DNA of 56,771 nucleotides from a bacterium (GTDB lineage: Bacteria; Margulisbacteria; Marinamargulisbacteria; UBA817; JAQBTH01): positions 1-56,771 of the forward strand of contig JAQBTH010000002.1 of NCBI GenBank assembly GCA_027623425.1, in the 5' to 3' direction. The notes below the pieces were generated by a model. That model did not search any database, was not told the DNA's origin, and was given only the letters and a program-made list of their open reading frames with translations. A program made the position numbers and the translations under genes. Shown one piece after another: positions 6,387 to 15,875 of the stretch. Each line of letters begins with the position of its first letter. The first letter of the stretch is position 1.

Positions 6387-7670
6387 ATGGATAAAATGCG
6401 ACTTTTGGCTTCTTCGGTAGCGGGTTTTTTATCTGCCCCTTCTAACCCTCAGTCTCAGTCTCGTTTTGAGCACAGAGATTGTGGTCATGTGGATATTTCG
6501 GATTGCGCATCTCCCTTGTCTTGTGAACATAATTGCAAACCCGAACCCGAACCCGAACCCGAACCCGAACCCGAACCCGAACCCGAAGTTTCTGTTCCTA
6601 AGGTTTCTACTCCCTTTTCTATTCATCTCTCAGGGGATACTTTACGCGAGATTGCAATGGGTGGTGGTGCAGCTGGTATTACAGAAGGTATGTTATACAA
6701 GCTGGGTCAAAATAAGGCGGGCTGTGTGGTAAAGGCTGCTGGATTGCCAGAACTGCAAGGTTTGGAGTTGACCCCCAGGCAACATGTTTGGGCTCAAGCG
6801 CGAAATGCAATTGCTGCTGGTGCATACCGGGCTGGGCAGCGTGGGCTTACTATTGGTGTTGCATCTATTCTCAGTGGTAGCTCCCAGTGGAAGTCGTTTT
6901 TAGGTCAATATGGGTTTACGGGCTCAGTGGCAAGTGCGTTAACGGGCGCCGCTGCTTCAACGGCTGTTTTGCCGGTTATTGTGCTTCCTGATATTGTGAA
7001 GCAAACGATTGATTTACGCACTGCGCAAGGGGCCGATTCTCGCTTGGGTTCAGTTATTCGCAGTGTTGTACGTCGTCCGGGGCTTGTGGCTGAAACTGGT
7101 GTTCAAATAATGTGGCGTAATAACACTACTTTTTTTGCCGCTTATTTTGCCAAATCAAAAGCGAATGCTGCGGCTAAATCAGATTATCCGAATGCATCTC
7201 CCATGACGCAAAAGTTAATCGGTGCCGCTTATGCTATACCGAGTTTAGTGCCAGTTTTTACCGCACTGTTTCCTTTAGATGGAGCGAAAGTTTTGCAGAA
7301 TGAAGAACTTACTCGAACACTGGAGCATGTGGATCACCTTAAACGTCAGTTATCTACTACAGGTCAGGATGCGTTAAGCGGGGTAGATCGCGCCCGTTTA
7401 ACTCAAGAGCTTGCTGACGTAGAGGCAGGGTTAAGGCTTAATGTGCGGCGCACTATGGGTCGTGTGGCGACAGCCTACAGTGGCACTTTTCAACAGTTTT
7501 CTGGTTTTGTTGCTAACGCGTTGGAAAAAGGAATGACTGCGAGGGAGTTTGGGCAAGCATTAAAGAGTTCGGCCTGTTTTTGGCGCGTGATGCAAATGTC
7601 GATATCGTTACCGCTATGTATTACTATCTTTGAAGGATTTCAGGCCTTTTTTGATCCAGATTCCCGTTAG
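6387..7670 (+). CDS. Hypothetical multi-pass membrane protein (427 aa) with Cys-rich N-terminus and (Pro-Glu)8 repeat
   Basis: SD AAAAGGA 9 nt before the ATG. Several hydrophobic segments (FTGSVASALTGAAASTAVLPVIVLP, LIGAAYAIPSLVPVFTALFPL, VMQMSISLPLCITIF). Divergently oriented from the sigma-54 activator gene. Confidence 0.65.
   Translation: MDKMRLLASSVAGFLSAPSNPQSQSRFEHRDCGHVDISDCASPLSCEHNCKPEPEPEPEPEPEPEPEVSVPKVSTPFSIHLSGDTLREIAMGGGAAGITEGMLYKLGQNKAGCVVKAAGLPELQGLELTPRQHVWAQARNAIAAGAYRAGQRGLTIGVASILSGSSQWKSFLGQYGFTGSVASALTGAAASTAVLPVIVLPDIVKQTIDLRTAQGADSRLGSVIRSVVRRPGLVAETGVQIMWRNNTTFFAAYFAKSKANAAAKSDYPNASPMTQKLIGAAYAIPSLVPVFTALFPLDGAKVLQNEELTRTLEHVDHLKRQLSTTGQDALSGVDRARLTQELADVEAGLRLNVRRTMGRVATAYSGTFQQFSGFVANALEKGMTAREFGQALKSSACFWRVMQMSISLPLCITIFEGFQAFFDPDSR
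6540..6587 (+). repeat. Perfect hexanucleotide tandem repeat (CCCGAA)x8 encoding (PE)8
   Basis: Read directly from the sequence: 48 nt of CCCGAA units inside ORF 6387-7670, in frame. Confidence 0.98.
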
Positions 7671-9289
7671 TTAGTGGCCACTAACGGCGCAACAGCGTCT
7701 TTATCAATGCGTTCGGCCAAACGTTCGTAGGGATTGATGGTTTGGTTTATGACAGGGTCGGTTATTGTTGCCCAGGTTTGTGGTGCAATATTGAGGTAAG
7801 TCTCTACTTTTTTTGCGAGCTCGGGTAGAACAGGGGTAAGGTAGCCAGAGAGCATTTTTAGTGCGTTAATTCCGGCGGTGCAAATTTGTCGGGCAGCATC
7901 GGGGTTTTCTTTCACCACATCCCATGGTGCAGTGTCGTTGATGTACTTGTTTGCGTCATCGGCTAACAGCATAATGCGTTTCATGGCTTCATGGGTATTT
8001 ATCGCGTTATAAAATGTGGCAATTTCGTCGCTACTATGGGCAATTTTATCTAATAATTCTTGCCCAGCAGCATCAGGAGTAGATAGTTGTAGATCTAATT
8101 TTTTCTGAATAATGCTACCAAGTCGTGACCCAATATTTACGACTTTGTTCACCACGTCAGCGTTTACTTTGAAAACGAAATCTTCTAAATTAAGATCAAT
8201 ATCTTCTACTTTTCCGTTTAATTTACTGGCGTAGTAGTAGCGCAATAATTCAGGGTTTAAGTGTTCTAAATACGTGCGCGCCAAAATAAAGGTGCCACGG
8301 CTTTTGCTCATTTTTTCACCGTTTACTGTTAAAAAGCCATGCACATTAATTTTCGTGGGGGTTTTGTAATTAGCGACTTGCAGCATGGCCGGCCAGAATA
8401 GTGCGTGGAAATATAGAATGTCTTTGCCAATGAAGTGGTGAATCTCGTAGTCGTTGTTGCGCCATATGGCGTCAGCATCTAACTTGCATTTTTCAGCTAA
8501 TGCATAGGTACCAGAAATATAACCCACCGGGGCATCCATCCAAACATAGAAATATTTGTCTGTGGTTCCAGGAATTTTGAATCCAAAATAAGGCGCGTCT
8601 CGGCTGATATCCCAGTCTCTGAGGCCGTCTTTAAACCATTCTTGCATCTTATTTTTTAAACTTTGTTCTAGGTGGTCCCCTGCAATGTAGTCTTTTAGTT
8701 GGGCTTCAAACTTACCCAACTCAAAAAAGTAATGCAGTGATTCTTTTAGAGTGGGTGTGCTGCTGCATTCGGCGCATTTCGGGTGTTTTAGATCGGTTGG
8801 TGAATAGGTAGACGCGCAGACTTCGCAGTTATCGCCGTATTGGTCTTCGGCGTTGCATTTTGGGCAAGTTCCTTTTACAAAACGGTCGGGTAAAAATATG
8901 CTGCAGCTATCGCAATACAGTTGCTCGATGGTGCGCTTGGCAATGACTCCCGCCTCATTTGCTGCTGTGTAAATGGCTTCTGATAATTCGCGGTTTTTAT
9001 CGGTGTTTGTGCTGGAATACATGTCAAATTCAATGTGAAACGCGGCAAAATCGTTTTGGTGCTCTTTTGAGAACTTTGCGATGAGTTCTTCTGGTGTGAT
9101 GCCCTGGCGTTTGGCTGATAACATAATCGGTGTGCCATGGGTGTCATCTGCACACACATAGTGGCATTCGTTTCCGCGCATTTTTTGAAACCGTACAAAT
9201 ATATCCGTTTGGATGTATTCAACCAAATGACCCAGGTGAATGGGGCCGTTGGCGTATGGTAAGGCGCTGGTTACTAATAACTTTTTCAT
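7667..9289 (-). CDS. metG: Methionyl-tRNA synthetase (short form, no C-terminal tRNA-binding domain)
   Basis: MKKLLVTSALPYANGPIHLGHL (HIGH motif), zinc knuckles CPKCNAEDQYGDNCEVC / CAEC, KMSKS motif. Start placed at the internal ATG 9289, because the 76 upstream codons of the tracked ORF are not MetRS-like. Confidence 0.93.
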   Translation of the reverse strand: MKKLLVTSALPYANGPIHLGHLVEYIQTDIFVRFQKMRGNECHYVCADDTHGTPIMLSAKRQGITPEELIAKFSKEHQNDFAAFHIEFDMYSSTNTDKNRELSEAIYTAANEAGVIAKRTIEQLYCDSCSIFLPDRFVKGTCPKCNAEDQYGDNCEVCASTYSPTDLKHPKCAECSSTPTLKESLHYFFELGKFEAQLKDYIAGDHLEQSLKNKMQEWFKDGLRDWDISRDAPYFGFKIPGTTDKYFYVWMDAPVGYISGTYALAEKCKLDADAIWRNNDYEIHHFIGKDILYFHALFWPAMLQVANYKTPTKINVHGFLTVNGEKMSKSRGTFILARTYLEHLNPELLRYYYASKLNGKVEDIDLNLEDFVFKVNADVVNKVVNIGSRLGSIIQKKLDLQLSTPDAAGQELLDKIAHSSDEIATFYNAINTHEAMKRIMLLADDANKYINDTAPWDVVKENPDAARQICTAGINALKMLSGYLTPVLPELAKKVETYLNIAPQTWATITDPVINQTINPYERLAERIDKDAVAPLVATN

Positions 9290-9458
9290 CTGGTTATTAT
9301 AACGACTGCGGTGGTATTTGGCGATCATTGCCCATTTTAGCGAATAAGCCTGTCCTCGACGTATGTTGAATACGCCTCCGGTAGGCTTTTCTCCAATTAA
9401 GCTCAAGTGCAAATTGCTTTTATCCCAATATTGGGCGCAATTTTGCTTTGACTGAATT

Positions 9459-9486
9459 GGAAATGAACAAATCTCTCTGATTTGTT
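9459..9486 (-). terminator. Weak intrinsic-terminator candidate after ORF 9519-10112
   Basis: Minus-strand RNA: AACAAAUC-AGAGA-GAUUUGUU (8-bp stem, 9466-9486) followed by CAUUUCC. The stem is AT-rich and the U-tract is short. Confidence 0.3.
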
Positions 9487-9518
9487 TCTTATTTACGAGT
9501 GTTGTTTCAGACAGCACC

Positions 9519-10112
9519 TTATGGCACGACGGCGAACTTACCTTTGCCTAGCTTATCCTTGCCATTGGCAAGTAAGATGTAGAAGTAGACTCCTGATGGT
9601 AGGCTAGCGCCCATTTCAACCTCGTTAATGGGGATGCGGTTTGAGATGCCTTGTGCGCCACCACTTGCGCCTTTTGGATAGTTTTTATCAAATATTTTAT
9701 GACCAAACATGTTGTATATGACTAAGCGAACATCCACATCGGTATTTAGCACGTAGCCTAAATTCGAATTTCCTCGGCTAAATTTAACAGGGTTTGGGTA
9801 AACCAATGGCTCGCTTAATAGTGCAGGCACGACAGTTCCATTTAAATCGCCTGCAGATAGTTCCAGCTCTCCTGCGCCGTCGTCAAATATAATGTCATCA
9901 AAAATGAGGTGAAATACCGTGCTATCTGTTAGGGTACTTTGGCCGTTGTTGATGAACCACACACCAGTGGTGGCGAAGGTGTTTGATTCGTTTGTTGCAA
10001 CAGCTTGATCGGGCACAAAATTACCACTGAATACATCAATGTTGTCTTCAGCCATGGTATTTCCGCCTAAACAAAAGACGATTAGTAGTGTCCAAATTAA
10101 ACGCGTTTTCAT
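9519..10112 (-). CDS. Secreted protein with T9SS-type (Por/FlgD-Ig-like) C-terminal sorting domain
   Basis: N-terminal signal peptide MKTRLIWTLLIVFCLGGNTMA. C-terminal ~90 aa shows the YPNP..., VRLVIYNMFGHKIF and LPSGVYFYILLANGKDKLGKGKFAVV pattern typical of Por_Secre_tail domains. Confidence 0.6.
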   Translation of the reverse strand: MKTRLIWTLLIVFCLGGNTMAEDNIDVFSGNFVPDQAVATNESNTFATTGVWFINNGQSTLTDSTVFHLIFDDIIFDDGAGELELSAGDLNGTVVPALLSEPLVYPNPVKFSRGNSNLGYVLNTDVDVRLVIYNMFGHKIFDKNYPKGASGGAQGISNRIPINEVEMGASLPSGVYFYILLANGKDKLGKGKFAVVP

Positions 10113-10161
10113 ACCTCAGTTATACCCCTAAAAGAGGTGTTTAAAACAACTAAGTGTGCGA

Positions 10162-10188
10162 GATCCCTAATCTAGTTGGGAATGACGG
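10162..10188 (+). repeat. Hairpin repeat copy (GGGAATGACGG family)
   Basis: GATCCCTAATCTAGTTGGGAATGACGG, in the intergenic gap between the mreB 3' end and the start of ORF 9519-10112. Confidence 0.7.
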
Positions 10189-10200
10189 TTTAGTGTGAAC

Positions 10201-11238
10201 TTACTCTGTGATGAGGGCTTTTTTCAGAACGTCGATTTCGTCTAACGCTTTTCCTGTGCCTAATGCCACACATTTTAGTGGGTCTTCAGCAATAGTTGTG
10301 CGAATATTGGTTTCGTACTGAATGTGTTGGTCTAACCCTTTTAAAAGGGCGCCACCACCCGCAAGTGTAATACCCGCGTCCATGATGTCAGACGATAGTT
10401 CAGGGGGCGTACGCTCTAATGTGGTGCGTATTCCATCTACGATTGTTGCGATGGTGTCTTTTAATGCTTCACGTATTTCAATGCTGGTGAATGTAAATGT
10501 TTTAGGTAAGCCGGATACCAAGTCTCGTCCGCGTACTTCCATGGTTTTTTCTTCTTTCATATCGAAGGCTGAACCCAGGTGAATTTTTACTTCTTCTGCG
10601 GTGCGCTCACCCACAAGTAACCGGTAGTTTTCGCGGCAATGGTTTATGATCGCTTCGTCCATTTCGTCTCCAGCAACGCGGATGGATTTCGACACAACGA
10701 TGCCACCTAGTGAAATAACCGCGATTTCTGTTGTTCCACCACCGATATCTACGATCATAGACCCAGATGGTTCGCTTACAGGTAGGTTTGCACCAATTGC
10801 GGCAGCCATAGGCTCTTCTAGTAAATACGCTTCGCCAGCACCTGCATGATATGCGGCGTCGAGTACCGCGCGTTTTTCAACGCCAGTGATGCCGGATGGA
10901 ATACCAATAATAATACGGGGTTTTGCGATTAAGAATTTTTTGTCCAATGCTTTTCGGATGAAATGTTTTAGCATGGTTTCGGTGATCTCAAAGTCAGCAA
11001 TGACACCGTCACGCAGTGGGCGAACCGCAATGACGTTTCCTGGCGTACGGCCGATCATGCGTTTGGCATCGTTTCCAACGGCGAGCACCATGTTTTTCTT
11101 CGAATCTAAGGCCACAACCGATGGTTCTTGGATGATAACGCCCTTGCCTTTGACAAAAACGAGAACGTTGGCGGTACCAAGGTCGATACCTAGGTCTAAA
11201 TTTAAGCTTGGAAACAGTTTTGATAAGAAATTTCGCAT
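10201..11238 (-). CDS. mreB: Rod-shape-determining actin homologue MreB
   Basis: [12 protein letters not shown] phosphate-1 motif, [25 protein letters not shown]. Start moved to ATG 11238 (MRNFLSKLF...), giving 345 aa, the typical length. Confidence 0.95.
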   Translation of the reverse strand: MRNFLSKLFPSLNLDLGIDLGTANVLVFVKGKGVIIQEPSVVALDSKKNMVLAVGNDAKRMIGRTPGNVIAVRPLRDGVIADFEITETMLKHFIRKALDKKFLIAKPRIIIGIPSGITGVEKRAVLDAAYHAGAGEAYLLEEPMAAAIGANLPVSEPSGSMIVDIGGGTTEIAVISLGGIVVSKSIRVAGDEMDEAIINHCRENYRLLVGERTAEEVKIHLGSAFDMKEEKTMEVRGRDLVSGLPKTFTFTSIEIREALKDTIATIVDGIRTTLERTPPELSSDIMDAGITLAGGGALLKGLDQHIQYETNIRTTIAEDPLKCVALGTGKALDEIDVLKKALITE

Positions 11239-11357
11239 GGTAAAGGACTCCCTAGCCTCAGATAAGAGGAATATATGCAGTAGTATATCAAATCCAATCA
11301 ACCATGTCTTTGAATAATTACGAATTGGGCTTATGTTTTCTTCTGTATAATAGGGCG

Positions 11358-12482
11358 ATGTCAAAATCTATCGCGCTTTACCTTCATATTCCCTTCTGTA
11401 GCAAGATTTGCCCATATTGTGGATTTTATAAATTATTGTGGGAAAAATCATTGGAGCAGGATTTTGTCGAGGCGTTATGCCGCGAGATCGATTTTTACGC
11501 GCAGCGGTTTGGGGAGCTTCAAATTGACACCGTGTTTTTTGGTGGTGGCACGCCAAATTTATTGCGGCTGTCTGCAGTAGAGCGGATTATGGCGTTGATT
11601 TACGATCGTTTTGACGTATTGCCTAATGCTGAAATTACGATGGAAATGAACCCCGGTTTGGGTGTGATGGAGAAATTGCGTGGGTTGAAGCAGGCCGGGA
11701 TAAATAGAGTCAGTTTGGGCGTGCAATCGTTGGATGATAGCTGCTTAACTTTTTTAGGGCGAAACCATACTGCAGATGTATCTCGGCGCACGCTTGGGCG
11801 ATTACGCGATGTTGGCTTTGATAATGTGAGTGTGGATGTGATGTTTGCGTTGCCTGGGTTTGATGATGATGTGTTGGTTCGTACGATAAAGGAACTGAGG
11901 ACCTTTGAACCGCAGCACGTATCGGCCTATAGTTTGAGTATTGAACCGGGCACGCCATTCAAACGAAACCGTGTTAAAAAAGCCTCGGTGCACCAAGATG
12001 CTGAGCAGTTTGATGTGTTGAGAGATGAATTAGAAGCAGGTGGGTTTATCCATTATGAAGTGTCAAATTATGCCTTGCCTGGGTTTGAATCTCGCCATAA
12101 TACCTATTACTGGATGGGGGCGTCGTTTATAGGTATGGGGCCGGGGGCACATAGTTACTTTAATGGTGGGCGTTATCATCACGCGCGGGATTTGGCGAAG
12201 TATGTTGAAAACCCTGTGCCACGGGCGTTTCGTCAAAAGACCTTTCCTGTATTAAATGCTGAAGATGAGTGGGTGGATTATGTGATGTTACGTTTGCGAC
12301 TGGTTTCTGGGGTGACGTATGGGGAAGTGTTGGAACGCTTTGGTGTGGCGACGTGTACGGCGTTTAAAACCCGCTGCACCGAACTGGCGGCGCAGGGATT
12401 TATGATTGTGGATGACCGAGGTGTGCGCGTGTCACGAACCGGGATTTTAGTGTTGGATGAGATTGTGCTGTCACTGGTTTAA
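11358..12482 (+). CDS. hemW: Radical-SAM heme chaperone HemW (HemN-like, oxygen-independent coproporphyrinogen oxidase family)
   Basis: [17 protein letters not shown] (CxxxCxxC), FFGGGTP, HemN_C-like C-terminus. Start placed at ATG 11358. Confidence 0.88.
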   Translation: MSKSIALYLHIPFCSKICPYCGFYKLLWEKSLEQDFVEALCREIDFYAQRFGELQIDTVFFGGGTPNLLRLSAVERIMALIYDRFDVLPNAEITMEMNPGLGVMEKLRGLKQAGINRVSLGVQSLDDSCLTFLGRNHTADVSRRTLGRLRDVGFDNVSVDVMFALPGFDDDVLVRTIKELRTFEPQHVSAYSLSIEPGTPFKRNRVKKASVHQDAEQFDVLRDELEAGGFIHYEVSNYALPGFESRHNTYYWMGASFIGMGPGAHSYFNGGRYHHARDLAKYVENPVPRAFRQKTFPVLNAEDEWVDYVMLRLRLVSGVTYGEVLERFGVATCTAFKTRCTELAAQGFMIVDDRGVRVSRTGILVLDEIVLSLV

Positions 12483-13538
12483 AATGTCGTTTCGAATCTC
12501 ATCCACAAGATGGATTAAGAACGCCAAATTATGAACACTTAAAAGTGTGGCTGCAAGCATTTCTTTTGCTTTGAACAGGTGCCTGATGTAGGCTCTGGAA
12601 TAGTGTTGGCAGGTCATGCACTGGCAGCTTTCAACCAACGGACGCTGGTCGGTTTTAAACTGTTCGTTTGAGATGTTTGAGCGTTGGTGCTCACTTGCAA
12701 AGAACTGACCGTGGCGCGCAAGACGTGTGGGGGCGACGCAATCAAACATATCAATACCCGCTTCAATCGCTGCGCGCATGTTTTCGGGTAGCCCAACACC
12801 CATTAAGTACCGCGGCTTGTCTTCAGGCATAAAAGCGGTGGTAATCGCGGTCATTTCACTCATGATGTCTGCCGATTCGCCAACGCTTAGTCCGCCTATA
12901 GCGTAGCCTGGAAAGTCGAGAGCGGTGATGTCTTTTGCGCTTTCTTCTCGCAGGTCGGCATGCATTCCACCTTGTATGATGCCAAATAATAAGTTTCCTT
13001 TGTCGCGGTGTTTTTCCCAATGGTCACGTTGTCTGGTTTCCCACTTGGCGGTAATGGCCATATCGACGGCGACCTGTAATTTTTCAGCAGGGTAAGGCGT
13101 GCAAATATCGAGTGGCATTAAGATGTCAGAGTTAAATCCAAGTTGAAGGTCTACAACGCCTTCAGGGGTAAAGCGTACTTTTGATCCATCTAGGTGGGAC
13201 TGAAATGTAACGCCATCATTATCAACCTTTCGTAGCCCTTTTAAGCTAAACACTTGGTAGCCACCGGAATCCGTTAAAATGGGTTTGTTCCAATTGATAA
13301 AGCGATGCAGACCACCAAATTCTTTGATGAGATCAACACCTGGGCGCAAACTTAGATGGTACGTGTTTCCTAAAATGATTTGGGTGTTTATGTCGTGTAG
13401 CATGTCTACGGTAACGGCTTTTACACTACCCTGTGTGCCAACGGGCATGAAGGCAGGGGTGTTGATGATGCCATGGTTGGTGTGTAATTTTCCAACGCGT
13501 CCGCGATGGTTTTTTGCGGTTTTTATGAGTTCGAACAT
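12471..13538 (-). CDS. tgt: Queuine tRNA-ribosyltransferase (tRNA-guanine transglycosylase)
   Basis: TPAFMPVGTQG, LTDSGGYQ, zinc site CQCMTCQHYSRAYIRHL. 3' end overlaps hemW by 12 nt (convergent). Confidence 0.95.
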   Translation of the reverse strand: MFELIKTAKNHRGRVGKLHTNHGIINTPAFMPVGTQGSVKAVTVDMLHDINTQIILGNTYHLSLRPGVDLIKEFGGLHRFINWNKPILTDSGGYQVFSLKGLRKVDNDGVTFQSHLDGSKVRFTPEGVVDLQLGFNSDILMPLDICTPYPAEKLQVAVDMAITAKWETRQRDHWEKHRDKGNLLFGIIQGGMHADLREESAKDITALDFPGYAIGGLSVGESADIMSEMTAITTAFMPEDKPRYLMGVGLPENMRAAIEAGIDMFDCVAPTRLARHGQFFASEHQRSNISNEQFKTDQRPLVESCQCMTCQHYSRAYIRHLFKAKEMLAATLLSVHNLAFLIHLVDEIRNDILNQ

Positions 13539-13558
13539 AAGGCCTAGTGTACCAGATT

Positions 13559-14683
13559 TTATTCGGGGTCTAAGTCCATATCAATTTCAGAGCCTGGGCG
13601 GTTGTCCATATTCATTTCGTCATCGTCGGAATTAAAACGACTCTTTTTTGATGTTTTTGGTGGTGTTTGGCTTTTGGGTTTGGCCTTATCGTCGGTTTTT
13701 ATGTCTTGCTCAGATTTATTTTCCTCGGTACTAACTTCAACTGGGGATTCCGGTAACTTGTAGCTGGTGATTGCGGCAACTAATTCTTTTTTGGCCTTTT
13801 CATTCATCCACGTCCACTTTGCTTTTCTTACCATTTCTTCTGCTTCTGTTTTGTCAGTGTTATGGATGGTATCAACGATTTTAAGTAGCGTGGTTTCAAG
13901 CGTATTTTTAAACTCAAATTGAGGTGTTTTTAGTCTGAAATTGCTTACCGTATTAGGCGCTTGTTTGTAGGTAATGTTGTCGTAAAATTCTGGTGTGAAT
14001 AGATGTTTTAATGTTTTAACAGGAATACGATCTTTTAACGCGTATTCGATGCGAGTTAAGTCTGTTAAGACGAGTGTGGCCATGAAATTATCGTATGGGG
14101 TGATGGTTTCGAGGGAAATTAGGGTGTTGCCAGATACCTCTGTTTCATCGAGATAGACCAGTTGAAACTTGTCTTTATCCGTAAAGAACTGCACGAGATA
14201 CCCTGTTTTTTCGTGTTTTAGTTTAGATGCGCGGCCAGACCAAATCCACGCATTTCCTGAGGGGTCTTTTGCACGGTTTTCACGTAACGATAATAAGGAT
14301 TCTTTGAGGTTTGATGCGGTGATGGTGACGCTGTTTTTGTTAGAGGCGATGGATTTAAATGTAATATTTTCTGAGGGGTCTTTTTCTTCCTCAATATCCC
14401 CTTGGCCCCAACTCATAATTTCAGGGGCTTCACCATCTAATATGCCAGATACAGCGAAGTACATGGTGGTGTCTAAAATGGAAAACGACGGAAGCGTGGT
14501 GTTTGATGTTGAGGCTATATTTTTACTGCTTACCACGTTTACGACGGCTGTTACGGTAAAATCTTTGCGTTCTTTCGTGTCATTGGGGGCTACTTCTTGG
14601 GTTACTTTTCCACACGATATTACGACCGCGAGTAACGCGCAACAAAGCCCCACCCCTAAGGCATTTGATTTTAGAGAGTTCAT
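13559..14683 (-). CDS. Hypothetical lipoprotein (374 aa) with Lys/Asp-rich C-terminal tail
   Basis: Lipobox-like signal MNSLKSNALGVGLCCALLAVVISC-G. No recognised domain. Co-oriented and tightly spaced with ORF 14692-15753 and tgt. Confidence 0.7.
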   Translation of the reverse strand: MNSLKSNALGVGLCCALLAVVISCGKVTQEVAPNDTKERKDFTVTAVVNVVSSKNIASTSNTTLPSFSILDTTMYFAVSGILDGEAPEIMSWGQGDIEEEKDPSENITFKSIASNKNSVTITASNLKESLLSLRENRAKDPSGNAWIWSGRASKLKHEKTGYLVQFFTDKDKFQLVYLDETEVSGNTLISLETITPYDNFMATLVLTDLTRIEYALKDRIPVKTLKHLFTPEFYDNITYKQAPNTVSNFRLKTPQFEFKNTLETTLLKIVDTIHNTDKTEAEEMVRKAKWTWMNEKAKKELVAAITSYKLPESPVEVSTEENKSEQDIKTDDKAKPKSQTPPKTSKKSRFNSDDDEMNMDNRPGSEIDMDLDPE

Positions 14684-14691
14684 ACGCCGAA

Positions 14692-15753
14692 TTATACCAC
14701 AGAGCCGAATTCACTTGGTGGTGTTGGATTTACTTTATCTACAGCACCACTTTGTTCGGGAGCTTGACCATTATGTTGAGGCATAATGCTGGCTGCACCG
14801 CTATTGGCCGCTGAACCAACGCGACTTTGTAAATCGACATCGCCCTCAATTTTATTTTCAGTGGAGGGCTTAACTAAATTATTGAGTAGGTCTTGTAGTT
14901 GTTTTTCAGCGTCATGTTGCATGCTTCTTGCATTATCAATAGTGGTTTCTTGAATGCCTCCCACTTTACCTACAGAGTCTTTTGAGAGTGTGGATGAAAC
15001 TTGGCCATTATCGAAGGAGACTCCGGATATGCCACCTAGATTTCCTAGGCGTTCCAGTTGAAAGTTAAGCGCATCATCATTTGTTTTATGAGCGGAGTCA
15101 CCTGAATTACCCGTCATATCCGCATCGGTAGATTCAATGCCCATAACGCGATTCATGCTGCGTTGTAATAGTGCTTGAACCGCGTCTTCTGCAATTTCGC
15201 GGCGCATTGCTTTGTATGTTTCGCCTGCTTTTCGCATAAATTCATTATCCATAAGGCCGCCTTTTGCGACGTCAAATAATTCATTAATTTGGTCTGGATG
15301 CACTTCTTCAAACGGATTTTGCATATTGGGTTGTTGAATGCCCTTTGCGCCCGATACACCACTAACGGTATTTTCTGTTATCGCGCCTGACCCACTTATT
15401 GCCTCGCCTGGTTTGATGGCGCCACCCATTGAACCGGCACTGCCACCAAAACCTGCTTTTGCAGGGTCTTTTAACAAATGTTCAAGTAAGCCAGTTTCCT
15501 TAAGGAATTTTAGTTTTTTCTGGATTTTTTTGATTTCATTTTTTAATTCTGGATCCTGAATCATGTCTCCAGCTTTGCCTAGTAACTTACCTAGCGTATC
15601 AATTTCGTGGGGCTGTATGCCATCGCCAATCATGTTTTGAATGCGCGCTAAAAGTGACATTAAAACATCTAATTCGCCTTTGGGCATGCCGCCTTGTTTG
15701 CCTGCGGTGGCAATTTGGCTGGTCAACGTCATTATTAAGCTTTCTAAACGCAT
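14692..15753 (-). CDS. Hypothetical Gly/Ser/Asn-rich helical protein (353 aa)
   Basis: Start set at ATG 15753 because it is preceded by AGGAG with 7-nt spacing; the tracked upstream ATG at 15783 has no SD. No TM or signal peptide and no recognised domain. Confidence 0.7.
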   Translation of the reverse strand: MRLESLIMTLTSQIATAGKQGGMPKGELDVLMSLLARIQNMIGDGIQPHEIDTLGKLLGKAGDMIQDPELKNEIKKIQKKLKFLKETGLLEHLLKDPAKAGFGGSAGSMGGAIKPGEAISGSGAITENTVSGVSGAKGIQQPNMQNPFEEVHPDQINELFDVAKGGLMDNEFMRKAGETYKAMRREIAEDAVQALLQRSMNRVMGIESTDADMTGNSGDSAHKTNDDALNFQLERLGNLGGISGVSFDNGQVSSTLSKDSVGKVGGIQETTIDNARSMQHDAEKQLQDLLNNLVKPSTENKIEGDVDLQSRVGSAANSGAASIMPQHNGQAPEQSGAVDKVNPTPPSEFGSVV

Positions 15754-15785
15754 GATAATTCTCCTAAATGCAGATTCTATCATTA

Positions 15786-15813
15786 TTATCGGTAAAAAGA
15801 GTTATTAACTTGC
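15786..15813 (-). promoter_or_regulatory. Sigma-28 (FliA/SigD-type) promoter candidate for operon 15753-12471
   Basis: Minus strand: GCAAGTTA - 12 nt - ACCGATAA (consensus TAAAGTTT-N11-GCCGATAA). The -10 octamer and spacer length are identical to the element at 23961-23988. The SD and ATG follow within about 30 nt. Confidence 0.55.
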
Positions 15814-15875
15814 ATAGCGCAATAAGTGAATTAACTTGCTTGTTTTTCCTGCCGTGCGCTATATTGTTGAGTCTT

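Noticed and set aside
6540-6587. Possible CRISPR or other non-coding array.
   Set aside because: The units are 6 nt with no spacers and lie in frame inside an ORF as (PE)8. No repeat-spacer architecture or cas genes occur anywhere in the window.
7667-9517. 616-aa version of metG with a 76-aa N-terminal extension.
   Set aside because: The extension has no MetRS similarity. The canonical N-terminus MKKLLVTSALPYANGPIHLGH begins at ATG 9289. The extension region contains a terminator-like hairpin and a -10 box.
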